Positions 13,687-26,009 of a DNA stretch of 64,000 bases are shown piece after piece. How positions within the stretch are numbered: position 1 is the stretch's first letter; each line of letters starts with the position of its first letter. Both the position numbers and the translations under genes were made by a program. Source of the stretch: Lama glama (Eukaryota); assembly GCA_028534125.1 (NCBI GenBank), contig CM052817.1, forward strand, positions 45,510,001 through 45,574,000, given 5' to 3'. The notes under the pieces are model-generated. The model worked only from the letters and a program-made list of their open reading frames with translations, was not told the DNA's origin and made no database searches.

Positions 13687-15803
13687 GGCTAAGAAAATGT
13701 GAATGGTTTTATGGAACACATCATCCTCTTCAGTATGTCCCTACCATCAATCACAGTTCCTGGTACATGATGGGGTTCAGTGATACTCAGGGGTCTTACG
13801 ATAAAGAGGACAGGATATAGTGTAACATAGGAAAGCAACAGAACCTGTTAGTTTCTGTTTTCGGGCTTATAGTAGGTGCTCAATTAACGTATGTTTTCAA
13901 TGACTACATAATAGATGAATGAGTGAGTGAATGAGTGAGTGGTGACTTTCCCACCTGGGACTTTAGATCTTGAGAGGAAGGTAGGTCTAAGCTTGGTGTT
14001 ACTATAATTCAGTGATTCTTCCAGTTGAGGGTGTCACCCTCCTACTCTCCTTAGAGGTCTGTGAATGCTCTGGTGGGATGCTGTCAGACTATGTCACAGC
14101 TATGGCTGCAGTGAGTAGGGTCTCAGTGGCCCTCAATGCCCTCCAGCTCTGCACCTTTCTCCCAGGGATCAGATTGTCACCTTTAGGTTCTTTCCCCTCC
14201 CACGTGACTCCTCATGCACAGATGAAGGCAGTTTTCTTCAACCCAAGGACTGTGACCTATTACTGAATTCTTAAATTTTGATTTGGTGGGTCTTGGCCAG
14301 CATCTGAAAAAACAGAAAAGGATAAAACAGAAGAGAAAACATTAGAGTACATCATGTGTTGTCTGGGTAAGTGTTGTCTCTTAAAATTTTTATTTCAGTT
14401 ATTTTGTGTTTGTTTAGGTCCTGGGATGTGCAGTAAAATATATTTTTATATATATTTTGTGGGTCCCCTTCAGAAAAGTTTGAAAGTCACTTGCTGAGGG
14501 GGTAGCCCAGGAATGCGGTAACCAGAGCGGAAAGTGCTCTCTCCCAATAGCTGGGTTGCTAAATGAGGCTGAGAGAGTGACAACGGATGCATAGAGAAAT
14601 ATTGCAGAGATCCTGGGCTTTGCAGGCAACGTCTCCACTTATGACAACACAAGGAGGCATGGCTGTCTTTTGGAGTGAAGTGGTGGGAGGCGATGGGAAG
14701 TAAAGTCAGATAACCCCAGGTTTAAGCCTAGATTTCTAGTGAAAGCAGTGTCTGTTCCCTTTGTGTGTTCTTTTTTAAAGTATAAAAAGCATACAGCTGT
14801 TCTGTCTGCAGAATTTCTTTTCTTGGCCCCATGAAAAATGATATCAGAGTATTTCACTGGTCTTCTATTTACCCAAGCTGAAGGAGTCCAGTGTTTCATC
14901 AGTCTGATCAAATGTCCCTTGTAACAATATTGACTCAGATGATGGTAAATGAAGATATTTTCTCTAAGGTAAAAGCCTGTCACTCATGGCGTTTGGAACA
15001 AGTATAGGCTAGCTGGAAATGCCACTTTTAACATTGCTGACGTGAAGAACAAATGGATTTGAAAAACATGTGCTCTTGGTGGATCTTTTTCCTATGTGAA
15101 AAACAGTTTATATCAAATTCAGAAAGTGATTAATTTTATAGACTATACAATACTATGATTAAATCACATAAAATCAAGTGTATTGGTATATTATTCATAA
15201 AAAAGATGATAACCACATTTCCCTTTTTACTTTATTTTAAAAGCCAGAGGCGAAAAGAACTACCAAAAAGTATACAGAATTAACAGCCAGGAATATTATA
15301 AAGGAGGTGTCTGGATTAAGCAAGGAGTACTAAAAAAGGCATTTATGAATTTGAATATCCTCTTCTGAAAGTATCTACATAAAGCCACTTTTCTTTCTAA
15401 AAATGTGCATGACACTTCTGAGACTGACTGGATCCTTGATTTTGTGCAGGTTTCCAACAGCATCATCAGTACCAGATAGACTTAGGCCTTGGGCATCCTA
15501 GCCAGGACCACAGCTTAGTGCTGAGAAAACTTTTCCTGACCTGTTTTTGGTTCCCCATCTAACTTGCTTCCAGACTCTCTGTCTTACTTTGTTACTAATT
15601 TTTTTCAATACTATCTCATCTCAGTCCTGATGCACATCCCTTTCCCCTAACTATGATTCTAACTGTATTTTTCCATTGCCTCCTGCCACTCTGGATTATG
15701 TTTTTCCAGATCTAGCATATCTCCATGGACTTTTAGACAGTCTCCTTGTGGATGGTGTTCCTGCAAGGCTCTTCCTTTATTCTTGGGGATGACTTAAACA
15801 TAC

Positions 15804-16274
15804 TGCAGGGAAGGAAGATTTTCCCCTTCTTCCCTTCTAGGTGCTTTGGCTGATCTAACAATAAAAGGCAGATTAAGAAGAGAAAAACAAATTAAAATTT
15901 GTATTACGGGAGCACCACAAAGACAATGAGACGCAAAGGCAAGTTGGGCAACCGAAGATTACATGCCATCTTGAGCTAAGGGACAGGATGGGGCTGGGGC
16001 TTCAAAGGGGAGGAGGGTTGTTTCCAGGAAGATGAGAAGAGCAGATGTTTGGTAATCAGGTGTTTTCCCTACCATTAGGATAGTTCTTTCAGATAAAAAA
16101 TTATCCCTGGTTATAACTCTCTTTCTAGTTGGGCCCCTGATCTGAATTCTTTTAGGCAGTTAAGGAAGAGGTAAAAGGTTTTCCTGAGTCTGGTGGGTCT
16201 TGATTGCTTTCAGCTCAAAATAATCCACATACCAAAGTGGTATACTTTGGGATGGCATATTCTGCACCCCTTTA
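15804..16274 (-). mobile_element. ERV1 solo LTR, MER34/MER39-like
   Basis: Minus strand starts 'taaaggggtgcagaatatgccatcccaaagtataccactttggtatgtggattattttgagctgaaagcaat'; 4-bp TSD-like atac/atag. Confidence 0.75.
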
Positions 16275-16439
16275 ATAGACAAAAATAAGTATGTTTACAG
16301 AAAGTTTTAGAGCACCAAGAAAAAGAAAATATTCAGTGTGTTGAAGGAGAGGTTGTCGGTGATGTAAGTGCTTATAGACAGAAAAGAAATCATGGGGGCT
16401 CTTGGTTTGTTTTTACTTGAAAGCACTTTGGGGCCAGAG

Positions 16440-17270
16440 AAAGATCGAACCAATGTGAAATCAAATGAAGTATTAAAAATAATGAGAATTTAGTAAGGCA
16501 TTTGTATACAAGATGAAGATGTAAAAATCAACAGTCTTTCTCTGTTCTAGCAAAAATCACCTAAAAATGGCAATGGGAAAAATGTCCCATGTTTGACATA
16601 GCAACAATATCTAAAAAGTGCTTAGCAATAAAATAACAAAATAAAAAACCTGTATAAAGAAAGCCATAAAATTGTTACTGAAAGACATGAAACAAGAGCT
16701 GAACATATGGCGGGTACACCATGGCCTAAGACTGAAGGGCTTAAAATAACAGACACCAATTTTATCAAATTTAATAGGTAAATCTACTAGGCTCAGTAAA
16801 ATTCCAAAAGGGATTTTCTTTTTAGACTTGGATACAATGTTGTGAAAGTTTATATGGAAGGATAAATACTCACAAATAGAGGGAAAATTTTGAAAAAGAA
16901 AACTAACCAAAAGTGACTGTCTTCCCAGGTATTGAGCCATACTATAATGCCACAGAAAGCAAATTAATGGTATTGGCAAAAGAACAAACTAATATTTCAG
17001 AAGAGCTGAATAGAGAATCAAGAAGTAAAACTGAGTACGTATAAAAATATGCAGTGCTCATCCAAAGTATATTTATTGCATGTCTATTCTATAGCAGGTT
17101 TTATTCTAGGCATGGAAAAATTAAGTATTGCTATTTAGAGAAGAAAAGGGTAGATTATTTAGAGCTGGCAGAACTAGCTGATCACTTATATAGAGAAAAA
17201 TAAAATTAAACCTCTTTCGCATTATACACAAAAATACATTTCAGTGTCAAAGCCTAAAAAGTTAAAAACA
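16440..17270 (+). mobile_element. Old L1M ORF2 fragment (degenerate)
   Basis: 'gaatttagtaagg...tacaagatgaagatgtaaaaatcaacagtc' and 'ctgaaagacatgaaacaagagctgaacatatgg' are decayed ORF2 RT/C-terminal sequence. Confidence 0.7.
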
Positions 17271-17557
17271 TGACACTCATATGAATATAAATTGAACTCA
17301 AGTCAAAGACTGATGTGACTCATGAATGAGGAAGCAGCACGATGGTAAAACTGAAAGCATTTGGAGAACAGAGATTTCAAGAATTAGTTGAGAAAGGCAG
17401 GCTGAAACAAGCTTACTTACTAAGTTAGAGGCAAGAGTGGTTAATGGCCTATTATAGGGAAATAAAACTGTGACTTATTTTCTCTATTGGACAGAAATAA
17501 TTTGCACCTCTATTTGGAGAAAAACCTACATGTTAACATGAAAAGTTATAGAGTCTG

Positions 17558-17836
17558 CACAGACATAGAAAGCAAACTTATGGTTACCAGAGGGGAAAAG
17601 GGTGGCAAGGGATAAATTGGGAGTTCAGGATTTGCAGATACTAACCACTATATATAAAATATATAGACAACAATACTGTATAGCCCAGAGAACTATATTC
17701 AATATCCCGTAGTCACCTATAATGAAAAAGAACATGAAAAGGAATATATGTATGTATACATATGATTGAAACATTGTGCTGAACACCAGAAATGGACACA
17801 TCATCGTAAACTGACTGTATTTCAATAAAAAAAAAA
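17558..17836 (+). mobile_element. L1 3' end (cetartiodactyl/camelid), 5'-truncated, with TSD
   Basis: 'cacagacatagaaagcaaacttatggttaccagagggg...aactgactgtatttcaataaaaaaaa'; TSD gaaaagttatagagtctg (17540-17557) / gaaaagtcctagagtctg (17840-17857), 16/18 identical. Confidence 0.9.
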
Positions 17837-18039
17837 GGAGAAAAGTCCTAGAGTCTGGAACCTATCAATAGTAAATTGAAAATCAAGAATGGCACATCGA
17901 GGGCCTAGAGAAATAGTCCTTTCATGGGTTTCGTATGACAATGAAAGGACATGCAGCCATTCTTTTGCTGTATTTCCAAGTTCTGGACAATTTCTCTTTA
18001 TACCATACAGACTGAAATTTTAAGTATAGATAATAAAGC

Positions 18040-19130
18040 AATTTAAAAAAGTACCTGCAAGAAACATTAAGAGATACTCACATGCATGTTTTGAATATGA
18101 GACAATTCTAAACACGACCGAACATTCTGAAGTTATAAGAAAAGACAAAGTATATAAAATTGAAAAAGAAAAGGCTTTTGTGTGGAAATAGATACTATCA
18201 ACAAAGTCAATAAATAAAAAATAGATTTGGGAAAATACTTGTAAAGGATGAACAAAGGGTTAATGTAAAATGAACTCATACAGATTGACAAGATAAACGC
18301 TTGTGGAAAAAGGGACAAAGGATATTCAGAGGCAATTCATGAAAGAATGAAGATGCTCACACTCACCAAAGGTTGAGGAAATGCAAATTAAAGTAGTAAG
18401 CCTTATAACTAACTGAAATGTCAGAACTTTAAGAGTGATACCCATTCCTGGTGGGCATGTGGGGAAAATAATATTCTCATACTTTGATGATGGAAATGTG
18501 AAATGTTATAGGTTTTTTTTTAAAAAAAAAATAGAAATAGCTATTAAAATAAAAAGTACATATATCCTTTGACCTAGCAAATCTTACTTCTGAGATTGTT
18601 CAAAGGAAAAGTGCCAAGATTTAAGAATATATGCCCAAGGATGTTTATAGCAGCATTAACTGCATAAAAGCTGGGAGAAAATGAATGTCTGTCAACAGGG
18701 CAATAGTGAATAAATTACGGAACATTCATTCCAGGTAATATAACGTTGCCATTAAACAAAAAAGAGTTAGACCCACATCAGAGGATTGGAAGGGATTTCC
18801 ATGAGTTATTGTTGCATGAGGAAAGCAAGGTATAGGAAAGTCTGTAAAATATGATCTCATCCTTATAAAACAAAAGTGTATTCACTGCCACATGTTTATA
18901 TGTAAAGAGATGCTTACATATAATTATATAAGCATAAAGAGAAATACAGAAAGAGAAATTTCCTAGGTAGTTAATGTGGATAACAATGAGGGAAGGAGGG
19001 AAAGAGAGAAAACCAAGCAAAATACGGAAAGAAATTTTTAAAACATTGTATTGGAAACAACTCTTAGTATGAGCGGATCTGTGCATTTATAGAAAACCGC
19101 ATTTGTGTATATGTAAAAGAAAATTTAAAA
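18040..19130 (+). mobile_element. Old L1ME-like ORF2 end and 3'UTR
   Basis: 'gaagatgctcacactcac...gaaatgcaaattaaag', 'cctttgacctagcaaatcttacttctgag', 'ggatgtttatagcagcatt'. Confidence 0.7.
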
Positions 19131-19648
19131 AAAGAGTCTGGCACTCATGAGAGAGAAAGCTATTGAGGCAATAAGCATCCTTAGAGAAAGAGTAAGGGCT
19201 GGGTGAGGAAAGAAGACAGGAACAACTGTTACTGGGACTGGACGGTCTACAGCCACTTTCTGGGTCTCCTCAGAGACCCCTGGGGGGAAGGACAACTCTT
19301 GGTCAGCAACTGTATTGAGCCCCCCCCCCCATCTGATTCAAAGCTGTGGCATTCTCCTGGAGATCAGCCTGTCTTCTCCTCCCCAGTGAGTGCTTAGACC
19401 CCAGAGACGGAGGAGAGATGAACTCCGCTGCATAAAGAAAGAGGTGGAAATTTGAGGGTGGAACGTAGGTAGGGATCTGAAAGGGAGGGGTCCCAGAGGA
19501 AGGCAGAGCTGTGAGAGAGGATGGCTAAGTGACAGGCAGAGCGGCCAAGGACTCAAATACAGGATGCCTTGAGCTGATTCTACATTCTTTTGCTATAATG
19601 CCCTCCTGCCTCTGACACACACATACAGATGTAAAGATAACTGTGTTG

Positions 19649-19926
19649 CAGACATAGAAAACAAATGTATGTTTCCTAAAGGGGAAAGGGGGGAAGGAGG
19701 GATAAATTAGGCGCCTGAGATGAACAGATACACACTACTATATATAAAACAGATAAACAACAAGGACATACTGTATAGCACAGGGAACTATATTCAATAT
19801 CTTGTAGTCACCTATAATGAAAAAGAATTTGAAAATGAGTATATGTGTGCACGTGTATGACTGAAACATTATGCTGTACACCAGAAAGTGACACATTGTA
19901 ACCGACTATACTTCAATTTAAAAAAC
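19649..19926 (+). mobile_element. L1 3' end (cetartiodactyl/camelid), 5'-truncated
   Basis: 'cagacatagaaaacaaatgtatg...gtaaccgactatacttcaatttaaaaaa'; weak TSD taactgtgttg (19638-19648) / taattgtggtg (19931-19941). Confidence 0.85.
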
Positions 19927-22085
19927 CCCGTAATTGTGGTGAGTACTGTGAGGAGTATACAGAGCATGTATGACAGGCAGGCGGGGTGGAGGCCAGGGGC
20001 TGTACTCCATGAGCACCTCACAATCATCCTTGCCCACCATTCTACACAGACCTTAAGAAAATAGGACAAAAGATTGGGAAGATGAGGAGCGTCCAGTGAG
20101 AAAATAAATGGAGCCTTGAGGTGTTCACATATAAGGATGCTAAAAAAAAGTTGCAGTTTTGCCCAGGACTGCTCCTGAAGGGAAATGGAAGGGCCCAGAG
20201 GGTCGCTAGCATTCACTTACTTTTTCTATAGTTGAAATTACTGACCAAGCCTTCCACATCTAGGGAGGAAGGAAGGGAGGCACTGTTATTGAGCACCCAG
20301 GGTGTGCGGAGGGCTTCCCGTAAGGAACTTTGTTTATTTCTCCTGGACAACTCTGTGAAGCAGGTATCCTTACCGCCTCTTCCATGTATGAAGAAGAGAA
20401 AAACCCACTTGATGGTACACGTTTAAAATCCTTTTTTTGGCTGTGTTTTGTGTTGTTGGTCGGCAGCTGGCCCTTTGTTGTGCTGATGGGAGAGAAGTGG
20501 ACGGAGGCTCAGAAGAGGCCACGCTGAGCTGCACAGTAAAGCATGCAGGTCCCCGGGACAATGCCTTGGAGTGGGAGGAAAAGCTGGCCCAGCTGGGGTG
20601 GGGATTTTGAGGTGGGCAGACGATGAACTGCAACAACAGCAGGCAGGCACAAGGAGGGAGACGCAAAGGAGATTTTTAGGGAATCTGTCGGTGTGCTCTG
20701 CCAGTGCAGCACCCCTCCCCCCTTTGCTCTGTGGGATCACAAGAGCAACATCATTCTTCGAGGCCTTCGGAGGTGTGTCTCTTTAGGACGCTGAGATGAA
20801 CCTTAAGTTGGGTACAATAAGGCCAGTCTTATTCGAGTTCTAGGCGGAGGACGAAATAAGGTTCAGGTGGCCTAAGAAACGTTCCGAAAGTCACTTCACC
20901 ACCCTGCCCTTCAGTTTCTTCCTGGAAGATGAGGCGTGGACTAGGCGACTGCCAGGCATTCTTTAGGGGAGCACAAGCTGACTTTTCACACAGGTTAGAC
21001 CAGCACCTTCGCACTGGTGAGGCCTTGTGCTTTTCAGTTCTCACCTCCTTGGCAGCTGCCACCGGAGGAGCTGCGAATAGCCCTGAGGTGCTGGACTGGG
21101 AGGTGTTCCACCACAGTGCCTGGGAGCCCCAGTCTTGCTTCTGTTCTCTCCGTGTCAGGGGAGAACAGCTTTGAACCAGCTCTTTCTCCCCAGGAGACCT
21201 TGCCCCTCAGGCGGCCCGATCTCGGCTGGAGGAGGAGACACTGCACTGCACCGTCCCCGCGGCCTCTCAGGGAAAAGTGCTGGCTGCTGTCGAGGGGGCT
21301 TGCAAAAGCCTGCTTATTCTTTCCATCAGAACACAGAATACTCATTTTCTCATGAAGCGTCTTTCAAAGTCACATTGCTTTTCTGCTTTTAAAAGTCACA
21401 CAGGTTGACTGTAGAATATTTTAAAATTCAGAGAGGTATATTCAGGAAAAAAATTTTCTGCAATCTCACATTGAGAGATGATTGCTTTTACTATGTGGCA
21501 CATATGGTTTCTGTTAACAAGTATTATTACAAATGCATAGTTTCATTCATAACCAAACGTGGAGTTTCACTGAACAAGTATTCATTGAGCATCTGTGATG
21601 TGCCAGATGCTGCTCAGACAAAATGGTGAATAAGGTGGAGACGTTTCTGCCCTAATCAAGTATATACCAAGCTTACGTTTTTATAACATGATTATCATAC
21701 TATAATATAATAAATATCTTCGTATTTTAAATGAACACGATCACCAGAGTGCTCCAGGATCTCTAGTCTCTGCGAGCCTCAGTCGTAAAGCCTACCTGCA
21801 TGGCCTCTTAGGGACGCTCCTTCCTCTGTCTAAACCCCTTTGGTTGAGTGGATGGTTCTGTCTTCTTCCAGATCCACTTCCTGGCTACTGTTGCTTTTCC
21901 CAGGGATGATCCCTTCTGGACCAAACAATGCCTTTCTCCAGGGGTTTTGAACACTGGACCAGTGAGAATAACTAGCATTTCCAGTCTGGGAATGGAGGTA
22001 GGAGACTTCGGAGGGTTTAGCATTTAGGTCTCTTGCCAAGCTACAGCAGGAGAAAATGAGACTGAAAGAAAGATATTGGCAGAAA

Positions 22086-22180
22086 TGTGTGTGTGTGTGT
22101 GTGTGTGTGTGTATGAGAGAGAGTGAGAGCGAGAGCGAGAGCGAGAGCGAGAGCGAGAGAGAGAGAGAGCGCGCGCGCGC
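22086..22180. repeat. Compound microsatellite (TG)n-(GAGAGC)n-(GA)n-(GC)6
   Basis: Read directly from the sequence. Confidence 0.95.
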
Positions 22181-22183
22181 AAG

Positions 22184-22535
22184 TGCTATGAACTGAATGT
22201 GTACCCTGAAAGTTGTATTTGAAGCCCTAACCCCCAGTGTGATAGTATTTGGAAGAGGAACCTTTGGCAGATTAGGTTTAAATGAGATCCTAACAATGGG
22301 GTCATCATTATGGGATTAGTGCCCTTACACGAAGAGGAGGAGGAGAGAAGTATCTCCCTCTTTCCAAGCGCACACACCAGGAATGGCCACGTGAGAATAC
22401 AGTGAGAACGTGGCCATCTGGAGGCCAGGAAGATAGCTCTCATCAGAACCCAATCATGCTAGCACCCTGATCTTGGATTTCCAGCCTCCAGAACTGAGAC
22501 AGAAGAAATGTTTCAGCCACCCAGTCCATGGCATC
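22184..22535 (+). mobile_element. MaLR LTR, MLT1A-like
   Basis: 'tgctatgaactgaatgtgtaccc...gaagccctaacccccagtgtgatagtatttgg...atgggattagtgccctta...ttccagcctccagaactgaga'. Confidence 0.85.
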
Positions 22536-24080
22536 TCTGCACCTGTTTGCTAGTTGTCTGCTCAGCACTCAGCCTGGCTTCCTGGGTGTCCAGCCTGTGA
22601 ATACCTGAGCTTGCCAATGTAGTCTGATTTGTCTAAGCTAGTTTGACTTGGGTTTCAGTCACTGACCATTGTGAGACTTGGCTTAGAATAAAGGAGTACA
22701 TATTTGCTTACTTATATTTGGCACATATTTTGAGTTTCATTTAGTAGAGTTTCTGTGGTTTTGGTAGGAATGTGGGAGGTCAAGGGATCAAATGAAAGCC
22801 AATAATGAAATGAATAGACCGAAGCCACATCATTTAGGCAGAATTTGTTCTAATTCACAGGGAATCCCCTCAAGTCAGTATCATAGGACTGATCTTAGTG
22901 TAGCCACTATCAAACTTTTAAAAAGTATAGAATTCTTTGAGACCATATTTAAGCCTACATAAATCAACTCTGTTAAAAAAAATAATAGCAATTTGCTGAA
23001 ACCCTTACCCAGTATATTTCCCTAAAAATCTCCATTCATTAAAAAATGAGAAAAGGGCAAGAAGGAATTATTATTACTCTCAAGCAAAACACTGCTGGTG
23101 GTAAGCAATAGTCAGCTCACCTCATGGAGCCCCAGCAGACTCTGGTCAGACCCACACTTGAGGGAAGAGAGGTTGAGGAATATGATTTGAAAACCAGAGC
23201 AATCCTGGGTTTGACCCTGATCAGAAATCAGCGGCTGTTGGTTTCAGGGATACAATTCTGCCCCTAAGTTGCTCCTGCCTCTGCCTATATACAGAGAGAA
23301 ATTGGAAGGGAATTTACTTTTATATCTGGCAAGAGTGTGCTAAGTCCAAGGGTTCAGATCCTTGTTTCTGTCACAAATTCTGGCTGAAATCAATACGCAT
23401 TAACCTTGCTGTCCCAGGTGTTCCCCCGGAAAGCAGTCAGCGACCTCATAGCCATAAGGGGATCCAGGAAGGTCCACTTTCTTTGTGGTTTCCTCATTTC
23501 TTTGCATGTAAAATGAGGTTTAGACTATCAAATTACTTAACAAGTCATGCAATACACCATGCTGTTTGAAATCCCTTAATCATATGGAGTTTTATGATGT
23601 TGTAGAAATGTACAGGGGAGAGGGAGGAGAAAATCCCCACTGAGTGAGTGGGAAAAAAAACGACAGGTCCAAAGATTCTAGGCAGCCCGGGGGGAATTAG
23701 GCGCTTCTAACGTGTAATGGCTTGTGGAAGAGGATTAGGTGTCTGATCTTACTTTCAGGGCAAACAAGCAGGAGCAGCTGTATCACGCCAGCATCAAAGG
23801 CACACGGGCAGCTCCGTGATGAGGCCGCGCTGGGAAAGTCACGGTCCTAATGAGTTCCATGCGCTCCTAAAATCACACAGCGGCTTCTTCCTGAAGCTGA
23901 ACGATTAGACCCTCTTCTGCCACCACCACCATCATCATCATCATCAGCCGACTGAATTCTGTCCCGAGGGAGGGCACGGTGTTCCTGCGCCAAGTGATGG
24001 CGCTGGGGAAATTTGTTTTCAGTGGCCTCTGCATTTTCCACTTCCTGTTTTTTTGGTGTCCTTCAAGCCCCTGTACTCTT

Positions 24081-25103
24081 TTTTTTTTGTGGGTACAAGT
24101 TTTTTATTTTTATTTTTATTTTTTTAACATTTTTTATTGATTTATAATCATTTTACAATGTTGTGTCAAATTCCAGTGTTCAGCACAATTTTTCAGTCAT
24201 TCATGGACATATACACACTCATTGTCACATTTTTTTCTCTGTGAGTTATCATAACATTTTGTGTATATTTCCCTGTGCTATACAGTGTAATCTTGCTTAT
24301 CTATTCTACAATTTTGAAATCCCAGTCTATCCCTTCCCACCCTCCACCCCCCTGGTAACCACAAGTCTGTATTCTCTGTCTGTGAGTCTATTTCTGTCCT
24401 GTANNNNNNNNNNNNNNNNNNNNNNNNNNNNNNNNNNNNNNNNNNNNNNNNNNNNNNNNNNNNNNNNNNNNNNNNNNNNNNNNNNNNNNNNNNNNNNNNN
24501 NNNNNNNNNNNNNNNNNNNNNNNNNNNNNNNNNNNNNNNNNNNNNNNNNNNNNNNNNNNNNNNNNNNNNNNNNNNNNNNNNNNNNNNNNNNNNNNNNNNN
24601 NNNNNNNNNNNNNNNNNNNNNNNNNNNNNNNNNNNNNNNNNNNNNNNNNNNNNNNNNNNNNNNNNNNNNNNNNNNNNNNNNNNNNNNNNNNNNNNNNNNN
24701 NNNNNNNNNNNNNNNNNNNNNNNNNNNNNNNNNNNNNNNNNNNNNNNNNNNNNNNNNNNNNNNNNNNNNNNNNNNNNNNNNNNNNNNNNNNNNNNNNNNN
24801 NNNNNNNNNNNNNNNNNNNNNNNNNNNNNNNNNNNNNNNNNNNNNNNNNNNNNNNNNNNNNNNNNNNNNNNNNNNNNNNNNNNNNNNNNNNNNNNNNNNN
24901 NNNAAGAAATAAAAGCAAGAATAAACAAATGGGATCTAATGAAACTTACAAGCTTCTGCACAGCAAAGGAAACAAGAAATAAAACAAGAAGAAAACCTAC
25001 GGAATGGGAGAAAATTTTTGCAAGTGAAACCGACAAAGGCTTGATCTCCAGAATATATAAACAGCTCATACGACTCAATAAGAAAAAAATAAACAACCCA
25101 ATC
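24081..25103 (-). mobile_element. Young 5'-inverted (twin-primed) L1 with 17-bp TSD; junction hidden in the N gap
   Basis: 24081-24403 is minus-strand poly(A) plus L1 3'UTR; 24904-25103 is plus-strand intact ORF2 ([16 protein letters not shown]...[22 protein letters not shown]...NNPI); identical flanks caagcccctgtactctt at 24064-24080 and 25104-25120. Confidence 0.9.
24404..24903. other. Assembly gap (500 N)
   Basis: Run of exactly 500 N. Confidence 1.
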
Positions 25104-26009
25104 CAAGCCCCTGTACTCTTGATCTGTTGTCACAGGCTTCTCAGATCAACAGAGCCTGTGCCTTGCCTGTGACCCTGGCCCTCAGATTAATGGACTCAAT
25201 CTTGATTCCCACTTGGGGGCAGAAGAAAAAGAGTCACCCCACCCCTGCATTGACTCACCAAATTCTATATTTTAGGTCCATGACTGACAATACCCCATTG
25301 CCAGGAGTCAATATCTCTATAACTTGTAATTGTTTCAGTTGAAAGTTCCAAGCCTGGTTCAAACTGTTGTAAGTGAAAGAGGGAATTTGTTGTCTTATTT
25401 TAGTGAAAGGTCCATTGGTAGACTTTCAGTCAAGGCTAAATCCAAGGCTTAAAATAATATCACTAAGGAGAGATCACAAGAAAAGGACTGGATGTAGGCC
25501 AGGCAAAATAAGATGCCCATCAGTGTCTCCTGTATCCTATAAAACACAGCAAGACAGGGAGAGTTCAAGGCATAGGGGAGATCTACGTAAGTGCACAATT
25601 GCAATAGGCTGAGATGGAGAATTACAGCATGCTCTGAGCACAGAGGAGGGACACCCGACTCTGGTTGGAGCAGAGTAGGATCAGGGAAACCTTTACAGAG
25701 TAAAGGATATTTAGCAAAGTATGTGTTAGAGTTTGATGAGAGGGTATTTATGAAGAGGGCTGAGTGAAGAGGGTGATGAATATCTTCTTTCTCATGTGAA
25801 ATTGCTAGCTCATCCATTGAAGAATGATGGTGTTTTCTAAATAAGAAATAAGAACGCATTGTGTGATGCGTACACTTAGTGAGAGACAGACTATGCCAGG
25901 AAATTCAGGATATATGGTCACCATCTCTCCTCCCTCTCCTCTGCTATTAAGAAAATAAACAGCCAAACTCATGAGTGGGTCCTACTGCCAGTGGGGAAAG
26001 GGAACCAGC

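Noticed and set aside
20300..21360. GC-richer region with many overlapping short ORFs
   Set aside because: ORF density follows GC content; includes MIR-like fragments; no coherent exon or known peptide
24163..25096. Longest ORFs in the track (249, 272 and 176 aa)
   Set aside because: They are artefacts of translating through the 500-N gap; the flanks are L1 sequence
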